64,000 nucleotides of DNA from a virus: IMG/VR virus record IMGVR_UViG_3300030430_004034, positions 23,959 through 87,958 of that record, one strand, 5' to 3'. A model generated the notes under the pieces. That model did not search any database, was not told where the DNA came from, and saw nothing but the letters and a program-made list of their open reading frames with translations. Shown here piece after piece: positions 7,927 to 17,525 of the stretch. A program made the translations under genes and the position numbers. The first letter of the stretch is position 1. Each line of letters starts with the position of its first letter.

Positions 7927-9450
7927 ATGATTAAATTTGGGGATGAAGTCAAAGAAAAACTACTACAAGGAATCAACCTTGTAGCCGATACGGTGAGTCC
8001 AACTCTTGGACCCCAAGCAAGAACAGCGATTCTACAGGGCACTCCACCCGTCATTATCAACGATGGAGTGACAATCGCAAAACATGTTTCTCATGAGGAC
8101 CCTTATGTTCAAATGGGGGTTCAACTCGTTCAGAATCTAGCATTCAAAGCCCAATCAAAGGCTGGCGACGGAACAACGACTGCTTGTATTTTAGCACAGT
8201 CTCTATGCAACTCTTTGATGTCCCTAAACATCTCCAACATTCATGAGTTTAGAGAAGAGTTAGAAATGACAAGAGAGGCCATGCTTAACGAGTTAGACGA
8301 AGTTTCAATTCCTGTAGAAAGTGGAGAAAAAATCCTAGAGGTGGCAACGATAGCCGCCAACAATGACCCCGTTTTAGGTCAACTGATTTCCGATGTCTTT
8401 TCCTTCGTTGGAAAGGACGGCGTTATTTCTGTTGAAGAAGGGCACGGATTAACCACAGAATACGAATTGAAGCAAGGTCTTGAACTAGAAAACGGCTACA
8501 TTTCTCATCTGTTCGCAAATCAAGACAACGGCGAATGTGTTTTAGAGAAGCCTCTGATTTTAACTACAAACAAAGTCATTCTAAACTTTGCAGATTTACT
8601 TCCTTCTCTTGAGTATGCTTCATCACAAGGGCGACCACTCCTTATTATTTGTGCAGACTTACAAGGCTCTGCCCTTTCCAATGTTTTAGCAAATGTGGTT
8701 CAGGGTAGAATACAAGTCGGTGTTTGTAGAGCACCCAATCATGGAGACGCTAGACTGGATGAATTGAAAGACATCATCTCTGTTGTTGGTGGCAAGTTGT
8801 TTTCAAACGAAGCCAAAGACGACATGAAAATAATTGATGCATCTTGTTTCGGCTCTTGTGAAAGGTCAGTGCTAAACCAAGTAAACACAACTTTGGTCGG
8901 AGGAACGGGAAGAGAAGAAGAGGTCCAAGAGAGAGTAGATTCCTTGACAGAACTCTACAAGTCTGCAAACAACGATTGGATTCGTGAAAGACTCACAACG
9001 AGGATAGCACGGCTGAAAGGCGGTGTCGCCGTCATTCGTGTCGGTGGGGGTTCTAGCGTAGAATTGCGAGAGACAAAGGAACGCCTTGACGACGCTCTCA
9101 ATGCAACGAAGGCCGCTCTACAAGAGGGTGTGATTGTTGGGGGTGGCTTAGGAATTATCATGGCGTTCTCTTCGCTCAATTCCAAAAAGAAACTACATTC
9201 TCTCTTCACAGATGTTTTCTTGACGCCAACATCTGTGCTCTTAACAAACGCTGATGCTTCCCCCAAACTCTGGGATGATATTCACGCTGAACAAATGATT
9301 GGCTTCAATGCAAAAACGAGAAAGATAGAGAACCTTTGGGATGCTGGCGTGATTGACCCCGTGAAGGTCACCAAGAGCAGTTTATCTGCGGCTTTCTCAA
9401 TCGCCCTCATGTTTTTAACCACAGAAGTTGCCGTACTTTTGGAGGAGTAA
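7927..9450 (+). CDS. groEL: Group I chaperonin GroEL
   Basis: TLGP, INDGVTIAK, AGDGTTTA, GGVAVIRVG, DALNATKAA, GVIDPVKV; likely start MIKFG at 7927. Confidence 0.95.
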   Translation: MIKFGDEVKEKLLQGINLVADTVSPTLGPQARTAILQGTPPVIINDGVTIAKHVSHEDPYVQMGVQLVQNLAFKAQSKAGDGTTTACILAQSLCNSLMSLNISNIHEFREELEMTREAMLNELDEVSIPVESGEKILEVATIAANNDPVLGQLISDVFSFVGKDGVISVEEGHGLTTEYELKQGLELENGYISHLFANQDNGECVLEKPLILTTNKVILNFADLLPSLEYASSQGRPLLIICADLQGSALSNVLANVVQGRIQVGVCRAPNHGDARLDELKDIISVVGGKLFSNEAKDDMKIIDASCFGSCERSVLNQVNTTLVGGTGREEEVQERVDSLTELYKSANNDWIRERLTTRIARLKGGVAVIRVGGGSSVELRETKERLDDALNATKAALQEGVIVGGGLGIIMAFSSLNSKKKLHSLFTDVFLTPTSVLLTNADASPKLWDDIHAEQMIGFNAKTRKIENLWDAGVIDPVKVTKSSLSAAFSIALMFLTTEVAVLLEE

Positions 9451-9499
9451 TGTGGCGAGTTGATGGGGACTTTTGCTCCGATTTTTGAGAGGGTTAAAA

Positions 9500-9937
9500 A
9501 TGGATTGGAAAGAAGTGATGAAATCGGATGGGCTTTACCATCCAATTTCATATGAACATGGCTATTTTGATGAAGTTAGATTTATTGACGACGAATTAAA
9601 TCAGATGGGTGACCAAATCATCCTACATCTTAAATTCAGAAATTGGTCTAGTTTAGACCGCTACAAAGACTTTAACGGAGGACGAATAGCCGAGATTCAC
9701 CTATCAATCTCTCCTTCCCTACAAGGAAAGGGGGTTGCGGAAAAAGCGATTGTTGGTTCTATTCTTGATAAAGAAGAAGTCTTACGCTATACACCTTTAT
9801 ACTTAAATTATAGACGAATCATCAATGACCGAGTTTTTTCAGTAGTTGAAAAACTGAAAAAGAATAGTCTAGTAAAAACCACTGAAATTGTTAATGATGA
9901 AAATAAACCTATTGGGCTTATGGTGGAGAGGAAATGA
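9500..9937 (+). CDS. GNAT-like acetyltransferase with a WxxVMK leader
   Basis: IHLSISPSLQGKGVA matches GNAT motif A; starts MDWKEVMKS at ATG 9500. Confidence 0.5.
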   Translation: MDWKEVMKSDGLYHPISYEHGYFDEVRFIDDELNQMGDQIILHLKFRNWSSLDRYKDFNGGRIAEIHLSISPSLQGKGVAEKAIVGSILDKEEVLRYTPLYLNYRRIINDRVFSVVEKLKKNSLVKTTEIVNDENKPIGLMVERK

Positions 9938-10329
9938 AGAGAGCAGTTACAGTCACTCTTCCTGCACCACACAAGGCGCAAATTAAATGCCCTATTTGTG
10001 AAGGCAACAAGTGCAAGGTCTGCAACATGACTGGACATTTGAAAATAGATGTAGCCCCTAAAATCCCTATTCAACGAGCGCACATCATTAAGTATGTAGT
10101 TGATAACATTCATGATGTTGCTTCTGAAATTACACGCTCTTACGGATTGACTCCGGAAATAAACACAAAGGAAGTTATCAAAATAGAGGATGCTCAGTAT
10201 GAAATTGTCCAAATCTCTTCGCTGGGTGGAACCTGTTGGGCTGTTAATCGTTTAGATGAATTAGAGACACCGAGATATTTTGTTTCAAGAAAGGAGTTGA
10301 AGAAATTTTCTGAGGGATGGATTGAATGA
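9934..10329 (+). CDS. Zn-finger hypothetical protein
   Basis: CPICEG...CKVCNMTG (DnaJ-like CxxCxG repeats). Confidence 0.55.
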   Translation: MKRAVTVTLPAPHKAQIKCPICEGNKCKVCNMTGHLKIDVAPKIPIQRAHIIKYVVDNIHDVASEITRSYGLTPEINTKEVIKIEDAQYEIVQISSLGGTCWAVNRLDELETPRYFVSRKELKKFSEGWIE

Positions 10330-10460
10330 CCTTTGGTGGATACTTTTTGTTGCTCTGTATTTTTGCAGGGCTGTATTGGCTTGGATTGAAAATCAATCCC
10401 CCTATGGAAAACACCATTATTCCTGAACCCAACAATTTTCTGAGGAGTGATGAAGAATGA
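10326..10460 (+). CDS. Small membrane protein (not in ORF track)
   Basis: MTFGGYFLLLCIFAGLYWLGL...; ATGA overlaps at both ends. Confidence 0.55.
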   Translation: MTFGGYFLLLCIFAGLYWLGLKINPPMENTIIPEPNNFLRSDEE

Positions 10461-10669
10461 CGGACACTTTAGATTTTCAAGGAAGAATCGTCAGAGATGA
10501 AATGAACCAAATCAAGATTCATCAGGGAACCTACTACGGAAAAGAAGTGGTGGACATTCGCTGGTATAAAGACGACAAGCCAACAAGAAAAGGAATACGA
10601 TTGAACAAAATGGAATTCAATACAATGTTGAAATTATTGAAAAATATGGAGGAATTGAAGAATGAATAA
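10457..10669 (+). CDS. PC4/YdbC-like ssDNA-binding protein
   Basis: GTYYGKEVVDIRWY...PTRKGIRL is the PC4 signature. Confidence 0.8.
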   Translation: MTDTLDFQGRIVRDEMNQIKIHQGTYYGKEVVDIRWYKDDKPTRKGIRLNKMEFNTMLKLLKNMEELKNE

Positions 10670-10802
10670 AAAGCGGATTGAAAAGCAAATAAATTCTCTT
10701 ATGAAGAAGGGACTCATCCCTGAAATATATGACCCCTCCCTCAACCCTGCCTCACCATTTTTCCGACCCCCGGCAAGCAAAAAGAAAAAGGAGGAATGAA
10801 AT

Positions 10803-11174
10803 ATGAAACTAAGCAAAATCAAACTTTTAGCAAAGTCAAAGGTAGAATTTGAAAAGTGGGCAAAGGAAGTCTCTAATGCCAAAAACTCTCCATTGAGTGA
10901 AGAGATGCAAGCAGACTTCAACAACTCATGGCCTGTAGTCTTGGACACCAATGATGCCCTCCGTGGAGCCTTTGTCGTCCATTGGCTACTCGTCCACAAA
11001 AACCCCATCATTGATGTGAGCCTACCCTTTGTCATGGGTTCTTTGACCTATATGCAGTTGGCCGCTACATCCGTTGGTAGGCCCGACCTTGCAGAAGCAA
11101 CTCAAACCCTGCTTCAAAACTTTACACGGATAAATCAAATGATTCTCAACGAAAATATAAATGAAGAGGAATAG
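10803..11174 (+). CDS. Hypothetical protein
   Basis: GGAGG SD, operon-embedded ORF. Confidence 0.55.
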   Translation: MKLSKIKLLAKSKVEFEKWAKEVSNAKNSPLSEEMQADFNNSWPVVLDTNDALRGAFVVHWLLVHKNPIIDVSLPFVMGSLTYMQLAATSVGRPDLAEATQTLLQNFTRINQMILNENINEEE

Positions 11175-11176
11175 AA

Positions 11177-12706
11177 ATGCAAAAACTAGCGATGAATTTA
11201 GAAACACTAGAAAAATTAGAAGGAACAAACAACAAGGTTTCGTATGTTGCATCAATGCTCAATCATAGCGAAAGCGCCGACCTACCCTTGCTGGTCAAAC
11301 TCTTGACTCTTGACTTGAAGAAAAACAATGTAGGTTTGGCTAAGGCCAAATCGTGGATATGCCGATTCTTTGGTATTTTTGAAGAAGAGTTTGAAATGCT
11401 TTATGAGTCCACAGGAGATTTCGGAGAGACTGTAAGAATCATGGAGCCTATGGACGAATACGAGACAATCTCCATCAAAGAATTGATTCTTTTCCTTGAG
11501 AAAGATTTCTCAAAGGAAGCAGATTTTACAGAATTCAAGACTTTCTTTGAAGGTCTTTCGGATATTGGTAGAAAATGGTTCTCCAAGTTTTGGATTAGAA
11601 CACCAAACATCGGAATACAAACAAAAGGAGTCCACAAAGCCATAGCAGAAAGATGGGATATTCCTTTGGCTACTGTGGAATTAGATTGTGCTTTCAATGA
11701 CATTTCTTTTGTTGTTGAATGCTACATCGGGAATAAAATTGTTCCAACAAGCCTCCAACATGGGAAGTTTATCAAGCCCATGCTGGCCAAAGTAAAGCCC
11801 ATCAACAAGTGGCCTAGCGAAGTTATGTACGATGTTAAATACGATGGTAATCGTTATCAAATCCACAGAGAAGGCGATTCTGTTATCATCTTCAACAGAA
11901 GAGGAAAGGTTGTCACTCATCAATTCCCTGATGTCGTAGAGAGCATAAAATCCTACGAAGCAGACAACTTCATTCTTGATGGAGAAATTTATCCTATCCG
12001 AAGCGACGGGTCTCCAGACGAACACAAAAAAATGGGAACGAGAGTCCATTCCAAGACTTGGGAAAAGGCTTCTACCGTTGATGTGAAATGGGTTGTTTTT
12101 GATTGCTTGAAGTGGGAGGGCATGTCCATGCTTGACTTTACTTTGCGAGAAAGACACCAAAGAATTTCTTTTTCAAACATAGGAGACATAGCCACCCACC
12201 AAATAGGGGGCGACCCCATGGCATTTTACAACCGGGCCATATCAGAAGGCTTTGAAGGCATCATGGTGAAGGACCTTGACTCATTTTATCGGCCCGGAAA
12301 GCGGGACTGGATTAAATACAAACCAAGCCGTGTGGATTTAGATGTTGTAATCATCGGTGCAAAACAAGGCGAGAATTCTAATTCAAACCTTCTAACAAGT
12401 TTTGAAATCGCTGTAAAGGACGACTCTTCGGACAGTGGACTAACATCCATTGGAAGAGTGGGTAATGGATTCACAGACGAAGAATTGTATTCTCTTACAA
12501 ATAGATGTAAGAGAATTGTGCATTCTTGGAATAGCAAAGACGGATATAAACTGCATCCACAAATCATTATTGCAGTAGATGCTGATGCAGTTTCTAGAAA
12601 TAAGCAGGGAGAGTATGGCCTACGGTTTCCGAGAAAAACACGATTCAGAGAGGACAAAGTATTGTCGGAAATCAACACAATTACTGATGTTATCAATTTA
12701 CATTAG
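11177..12706 (+). CDS. lig: ATP-dependent DNA ligase (replicative type)
   Basis: PMLA, KYDGNR, LDGE, VFD, EGIMVK, WIKYK, LRFPR. Confidence 0.95.
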   Translation: MQKLAMNLETLEKLEGTNNKVSYVASMLNHSESADLPLLVKLLTLDLKKNNVGLAKAKSWICRFFGIFEEEFEMLYESTGDFGETVRIMEPMDEYETISIKELILFLEKDFSKEADFTEFKTFFEGLSDIGRKWFSKFWIRTPNIGIQTKGVHKAIAERWDIPLATVELDCAFNDISFVVECYIGNKIVPTSLQHGKFIKPMLAKVKPINKWPSEVMYDVKYDGNRYQIHREGDSVIIFNRRGKVVTHQFPDVVESIKSYEADNFILDGEIYPIRSDGSPDEHKKMGTRVHSKTWEKASTVDVKWVVFDCLKWEGMSMLDFTLRERHQRISFSNIGDIATHQIGGDPMAFYNRAISEGFEGIMVKDLDSFYRPGKRDWIKYKPSRVDLDVVIIGAKQGENSNSNLLTSFEIAVKDDSSDSGLTSIGRVGNGFTDEELYSLTNRCKRIVHSWNSKDGYKLHPQIIIAVDADAVSRNKQGEYGLRFPRKTRFREDKVLSEINTITDVINLH

Positions 12707-12714
12707 GTGAGAGC

Positions 12715-13005
12715 ATGAACAAAAAAATGTTTAACCAACTACTAAACAAAAGGTTGGTTAGATATTCTTTAGATAAGGAATTGAATGTTTTTCAACAACA
12801 AGTTTTGTCCATGTGTTTAGGTAAATGGCTCCTACACAAAAAATCGCCCACGAGATTTCTTTTTGATTTTAACCAAAAAGGAATTGTGGTTTACTTTTCA
12901 GGGCTTGAAATAAGCGAAGGAAAATTCGCAATAGAAAAATTTCTTGAAGTAGAGAAAATACAATACAAATTGATTATTGAAATGGGTGTGAAAAATGTTA
13001 GATAG
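12715..13005 (+). CDS. Hypothetical protein
   Basis: GGTGA SD, operon-embedded. Confidence 0.5.
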   Translation: MNKKMFNQLLNKRLVRYSLDKELNVFQQQVLSMCLGKWLLHKKSPTRFLFDFNQKGIVVYFSGLEISEGKFAIEKFLEVEKIQYKLIIEMGVKNVR

Positions 13006-13399
13006 AAATATGGTTTTGGGTATTTTCTTAGCCAAGGGAAACTTTGTTGTGAAAATTGAAGCCAGCGAAACAGCCGCTATTGGATACCAAATAATGATGC
13101 AGGCGAATGTCTCTTTCAGAACAAAAGAAATGCTAACAGCCTTTTCTAGAACTTTGGAAATGCTCAACATCAAGCACCACCAACACCATGTGAACGGTCT
13201 CCGATTAGGGAAAAAATCCGCCGCCACGGTCATGAAGATGATTCCGGAGACCCTACACTATTTGAACCCCAAATTATCTACATTCAAAATGGTGTGGGAC
13301 ATTGTGGAAAATAAAGAGCACAAAACTCTTCGGGGACTCAACAGAGTTATTGAAATATTATACGGTGAAAATAATGGGATTAACAACAATGAATACTAA
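12995..13399 (+). CDS. Degenerate single-motif LAGLIDADG-like protein
   Basis: VLGIFLAKGNF (acidic residues lost) and a C-terminal EHKTLRGLNRV typical of LAGLIDADG_1. Confidence 0.5.
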   Translation: MLDRNMVLGIFLAKGNFVVKIEASETAAIGYQIMMQANVSFRTKEMLTAFSRTLEMLNIKHHQHHVNGLRLGKKSAATVMKMIPETLHYLNPKLSTFKMVWDIVENKEHKTLRGLNRVIEILYGENNGINNNEY

Positions 13400-14222
13400 G
13401 AGAAGTGAAATATATGTCGGTAAGACAGGGACAGGCAAAACAACCCTTGTAAAATCTCTTTTGCCTAACGCTCTATACTATTATGCGAATGAAGTAGAAA
13501 TTGCAGATATTTATTCTATTCCTATTGAATTAGGTATAATCATAGAAGATTTAGATTTTAAACCGAACACGAAAGAAATTGTAAATGTTATTCGCTCTTA
13601 TCGTGGTACTGTAGTTTTGACATCAAAGAACCGAAAAAGCATCCCAAAAGAAATCCTCAACATATGTAAAATCAAAAATGTAGGTACGAAGAGACATCTC
13701 CGAGAATCCATCAAGGGCTTCGCACCGAGGAGCGAAGAACCGTTCTCCTTTGAACGGGATGTTTTTACTCTGATAAACGACTACTTACGAAACAGCGACC
13801 GTGAGTTGGTCAAAGACTTGCTCCTTTTCAACAAGCCCTCCGATACACAAATGATTTCTTGGTTGACAAACAATCTTCATCCGAACAAATTGTTGTTTAT
13901 TGATGGAGTGGTTAAACGGCGTTGGCCTCAACAGTATTTTTACGAAATGTTGTCATACACTCACGATGGCAAATTATTCCGTAAAACCAACATGGCAAAA
14001 AAAGGTAAATACTCAAAAGCACCTCGTTTGTTAAAGAGAGTGGGCTTGAAGCCCGATGAAGAACGAGTGTTTAGGCAACTAATAAACGATGAAGATTTTG
14101 TGAAGTTTGCAAAAAGAAAATACAACAATGAAGAATGCCGACTCATGGGGTTAGGAGAAAAGAGAATCCGTAGAGAAAAACCCAAAAAGCCTAAAATGAA
14201 AACACTGGAGGAATTTCTTTGA
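13374..14222 (+). CDS. Clamp loader large subunit-like AAA+ protein
   Basis: Walker A GKTGTGKT, IIIEDLD, C-terminal PIP-like MKTLEEFL; start MGLTT after GGTGA. Confidence 0.65.
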   Translation: MGLTTMNTKRSEIYVGKTGTGKTTLVKSLLPNALYYYANEVEIADIYSIPIELGIIIEDLDFKPNTKEIVNVIRSYRGTVVLTSKNRKSIPKEILNICKIKNVGTKRHLRESIKGFAPRSEEPFSFERDVFTLINDYLRNSDRELVKDLLLFNKPSDTQMISWLTNNLHPNKLLFIDGVVKRRWPQQYFYEMLSYTHDGKLFRKTNMAKKGKYSKAPRLLKRVGLKPDEERVFRQLINDEDFVKFAKRKYNNEECRLMGLGEKRIRREKPKKPKMKTLEEFL

Positions 14223-14446
14223 CAAAAAGAATAATAGATGCTGTTAGAGACTCCCTCAAGAAGGGCGCTAAGTCAACTCAAGAAGTCTATGAATACATCA
14301 ATAGAACGACAAAACACGGGATTACTAGCAGTCAACTAGGCTCAATCTTGAAACGAAAAGAATTCGTAAGAGAATCAAAAAAGAAAAATTCAATTTGGAA
14401 ATGGAGAGATGAAAATGACGAAGAATGTAAGAATAAAGAGGAATAA
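14219..14446 (+). CDS. Small winged-helix DNA-binding protein
   Basis: STQEVYEYI...TSSQLGSIL...F...W pattern. Confidence 0.55.
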   Translation: MTKRIIDAVRDSLKKGAKSTQEVYEYINRTTKHGITSSQLGSILKRKEFVRESKKKNSIWKWRDENDEECKNKEE

Positions 14447-15011
14447 GAACATAAGAGAAGATTTAATTTCCATTTTAAGTATGGAAAACCCCATGTCTGC
14501 AAAAGACTTATGCAAAAAATTGTTAGAGAGAAATTCTAACAGAACAGTGACGGTTAATCAGGTGTCTCAAATCCTTAGAGTTAAGGAGTTCAAAAAGGCA
14601 CAAATAATGCCGGATAAAACTGCTCTTTGGACCCTCAGCGAATACGCTAACGAAAAAAGAGCATATCCTACTTGGACAAAATTACAACGAGACACTTTCC
14701 TAAAGGAAGTATTTAGTGTTCCTGATGAAGACCTTGGCATCTTCAATGAAGAAAAATACCTAGCAAAACTTAGCATATGGAAATACATAACGAAGGAAGA
14801 ATATGACTCTCTAAAAGTCCTTGTTGACGAAAAGAAATATTCGGAATTCCTTGAAAAAGCGAAGGAAATGAATGCCGAATCAAAGAGAAAAAGAGCGAGT
14901 GCTCGGAGAGTAGAGTATTTCAAAAATCGTTATCACAACGACCCGGAATTCAAGAAAAGAAAACTTGAACAACACAAAAGATACAGAGAAAGGAAAAGAA
15001 TGGAGAGATAA
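14409..15011 (+). CDS. Winged-helix protein with a basic C-terminus
   Basis: SAKDL...TVNQVSQILRVKEF...W, similar to the upstream gene. Confidence 0.5.
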   Translation: MKMTKNVRIKRNKNIREDLISILSMENPMSAKDLCKKLLERNSNRTVTVNQVSQILRVKEFKKAQIMPDKTALWTLSEYANEKRAYPTWTKLQRDTFLKEVFSVPDEDLGIFNEEKYLAKLSIWKYITKEEYDSLKVLVDEKKYSEFLEKAKEMNAESKRKRASARRVEYFKNRYHNDPEFKKRKLEQHKRYRERKRMER

Positions 15012-15013
15012 AA

Positions 15014-15928
15014 ATGCTATGGACAGAAAAATACAGACCGACAAAACTTTCCGAGGTTGTAGGACAAGAACATTTTGTTATGGATGCAGAGAATTGGGTT
15101 TTGATTAAAGACATGCCGAATATTCTCGTTTATGGAACACCGGGAACAGGAAAGACAACGATTGCTCTTGTGCTAGCAAAAGCAATTTTAGGAGAAGAAA
15201 CAGACGCTAATTTCTTTGAAGTCAACGCATCTGACGACAGAAAACTAGAGACCGTAAGAACAAAAATTAAGGATATTGCACAGAGCGCAGTTATTGGCGA
15301 CAATGTTCCATTCCGTATCGTTCTTCTAGACGAAATGGACGGAATGACAAGAGACGCACAGAACGCCATGAAAAGAATCATGGAGAAGTATTCTACGAAC
15401 ATCCGATTCATCATTACTTGTAACGATAGAAACAAAATCATACACGCACTGCAAAGCCGATGTGCAAATTATCGGTTTAATCCTCTTCCTTTGGATTTAG
15501 TGGGCCGTATTGTGAAGCAGGTTTTGCAGAAGGAGGGTCACAGAATCCCGCCCGAAGAAGAATTAGGAGCGTTCATATACTCTTTGCAAGGTGATTTGCG
15601 TAGAACGCTCACGGAATTGCAGGCCAGCATCGTATCGGGAACAACATTGACGAGACAGATTGAGAAAGGCCTACAAGAGTATGAAGAAATAACAACACAA
15701 ATCGTAAACAAAAATACCAATGAAGCACTAGATAAAATCCATAATGCAATCTATGCAGGCCGTTCCGCTAAGGAAATCTGCATTGGTTTGCATGAATACA
15801 TTATCCGGTGCGATATGGAGGCTAAAATGAAACTGAAATTCCTGCGAGTGATTGGAGAGGGGGAGTGGCGTTCCACCACCATGACCCCTAAATTACTTGC
15901 TTCATGGATGGTGGGACAACTAATATAA
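15014..15928 (+). CDS. rfcS: Replication factor C small subunit
   Basis: LWTEKYRP, GTPGTGKT, NASD, LDEMD, SRC, GDLR. Confidence 0.95.
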   Translation: MLWTEKYRPTKLSEVVGQEHFVMDAENWVLIKDMPNILVYGTPGTGKTTIALVLAKAILGEETDANFFEVNASDDRKLETVRTKIKDIAQSAVIGDNVPFRIVLLDEMDGMTRDAQNAMKRIMEKYSTNIRFIITCNDRNKIIHALQSRCANYRFNPLPLDLVGRIVKQVLQKEGHRIPPEEELGAFIYSLQGDLRRTLTELQASIVSGTTLTRQIEKGLQEYEEITTQIVNKNTNEALDKIHNAIYAGRSAKEICIGLHEYIIRCDMEAKMKLKFLRVIGEGEWRSTTMTPKLLASWMVGQLI

Positions 15929-15941
15929 GAGGTGAAAAAAA

Positions 15942-17150
15942 ATGCAAAACGAAATTGCAAAAGCGGCAGAGAAGTTGGGTATTTCCGAAGAGGAAGCCCA
16001 ACTGAAATTTGATGAAATACGAGCGGAGAACGGTGGCTTGGCGGCGGATAATCCCGTTGCTATTGCCATGTGGCGAAGTTATGCGGCACAAGTTATCCGA
16101 AGTCGTAAATCTACGAACAACGAAAACAGCAGTGGAGGAGGCCTTGCAAAGCAAGCCTTTGGCTTCTTCATTTCTCTAGAACAACCTAGAGACTTGAACG
16201 AATACAGCCGACGACGAGCAGTGGAGGAGTGGAAGGAAGACCCCTTCAATGCCCACAAGAACGGCTTTGTTGCCATTGTTGAAGAGGGAGAGAACGGGTT
16301 CTATTCTGTTTCCCGATACCACAACGAAGAGGTTCAAAACAAAATGGTGAAGAAACTACCCGACTGTGTTCAAGAGTTAGAAGACGGTTCTATCATCATT
16401 CCTCTTGACAACACCCCCCGATACCAAAACGGAGGAGAGAACGCCAACTACGGTAAACCTCTCAATCCCGTTATGCGTAGAAGCGGTGTGTTTGTAGGAA
16501 AGGTTCACGACGATGATGAGTACCAACTCTACAGGTTTTCTTACAAGAACAAGGGTGGGATTGATTTCCAGCCTGAAACCTTCAAGTGGTTGAACATGGT
16601 TGTTATCAAAGACTCAAACAGAGAAGGATACATCTACGGATTCACGGACAAGACCATTGGAAGTCTTCGCTTCAATGATGAACAAGACCCGGAAGGCGAA
16701 TTGTACCGGGATACTTCTTCCCTGAACAAGCATAATTTGATTGCTTCTGCGGCTCCAAACCATGTTGTGTACCTTGGCAATCTACAAGAAGCACACTCTA
16801 CCATGATGGACAAGCCAGCGGCAGACCGATTCGTGATTACAAACGGAACAGTGTGCAACATCAACATGACTCCTACCGCTAACGGAAATCGTATCATCAA
16901 CATTACCGACCTCACGGCGGAGTTTGATTACGAGGAAGAGGGTATGGTCACTTGTTGGATTCCCGAAGACATTGAAATTGACTTCGGAATCGGTTCAACC
17001 GTCACTGTTGTAGGGCGAACCTCTCAGCGAGAAACGGACGAAGGACTACAACCCGTCACGATAAATGTGAGCGGTATGTTTGTCAAAGAACGCCGTGGTC
17101 AAGTCGTTGAAATTGAGCAGGCGACGGAGGAAGACTTGGACTGGTTTTGA
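15942..17150 (+). CDS. RPA/SSB-like OB-fold ssDNA-binding protein
   Basis: C-terminal OB-like strands (GSTVTVVGRT...INV), acidic-aromatic tail EEDLDWF, replication-module context. Confidence 0.6.
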   Translation: MQNEIAKAAEKLGISEEEAQLKFDEIRAENGGLAADNPVAIAMWRSYAAQVIRSRKSTNNENSSGGGLAKQAFGFFISLEQPRDLNEYSRRRAVEEWKEDPFNAHKNGFVAIVEEGENGFYSVSRYHNEEVQNKMVKKLPDCVQELEDGSIIIPLDNTPRYQNGGENANYGKPLNPVMRRSGVFVGKVHDDDEYQLYRFSYKNKGGIDFQPETFKWLNMVVIKDSNREGYIYGFTDKTIGSLRFNDEQDPEGELYRDTSSLNKHNLIASAAPNHVVYLGNLQEAHSTMMDKPAADRFVITNGTVCNINMTPTANGNRIINITDLTAEFDYEEEGMVTCWIPEDIEIDFGIGSTVTVVGRTSQRETDEGLQPVTINVSGMFVKERRGQVVEIEQATEEDLDWF

Positions 17151-17155
17151 TACTG

Positions 17156-17273
17156 GTCACCTTTCCCAAGGGTAGGAGTTCGGTTGCCTCCTATTCCTTC
17201 TCATTGGCGTAAGCATGGGTCAAGGGGAAACTGATGCTCGGATGGGTGCGAGGCCCTATCCATTCAAGGTGAT
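17156..17273 (+). promoter_or_regulatory. Predicted multibranch structured RNA element occluding the downstream SD
   Basis: Outer stem GTCACCTT/AAGGTGAT plus three internal hairpins in an unusually long intergenic gap. Confidence 0.45.
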
Positions 17274-17276
17274 ACA

Positions 17277-17525
17277 ATGATTATTTTAAGAACAGCAATA
17301 CAGACAACAAGAGCGTTTATTCGCTACAAAAACATACAACATATTTCTTGGGAATTTAGAGAACATAAAACAAGAGTGCTTGTAAAAATACATTCTTCTG
17401 CCCAAGATAAAATAATTGAAGAGTGTGATTTAGAAGACTACAATGAATTTCTTAAGTCGTACAGAAGTTGGCAGGCGGATATGGACAATTACTTCCAGTA
17501 TTCTGTCGCTAAAGGAGATGAGTAA
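17277..17525 (+). CDS. Small hypothetical protein
   Basis: AAGGTGA SD; beta-rich with a C-terminal helix. Confidence 0.55.
   Translation: MIILRTAIQTTRAFIRYKNIQHISWEFREHKTRVLVKIHSSAQDKIIEECDLEDYNEFLKSYRSWQADMDNYFQYSVAKGDE

Noticed and set aside
17221-17240. Hammerhead ribozyme (GAAA and CTGATG nearby)
   Set aside because: The core reads CUGAUGC, not CUGANGA, and the order and stems do not fit; kept only as a generic structured element
17156-17273. tRNA gene (cloverleaf-like fold)
   Set aside because: Too long, with no T-loop GTTCRA in the proper place, no 7-nt anticodon loop and no acceptor end; I found no tRNA in the window by eye
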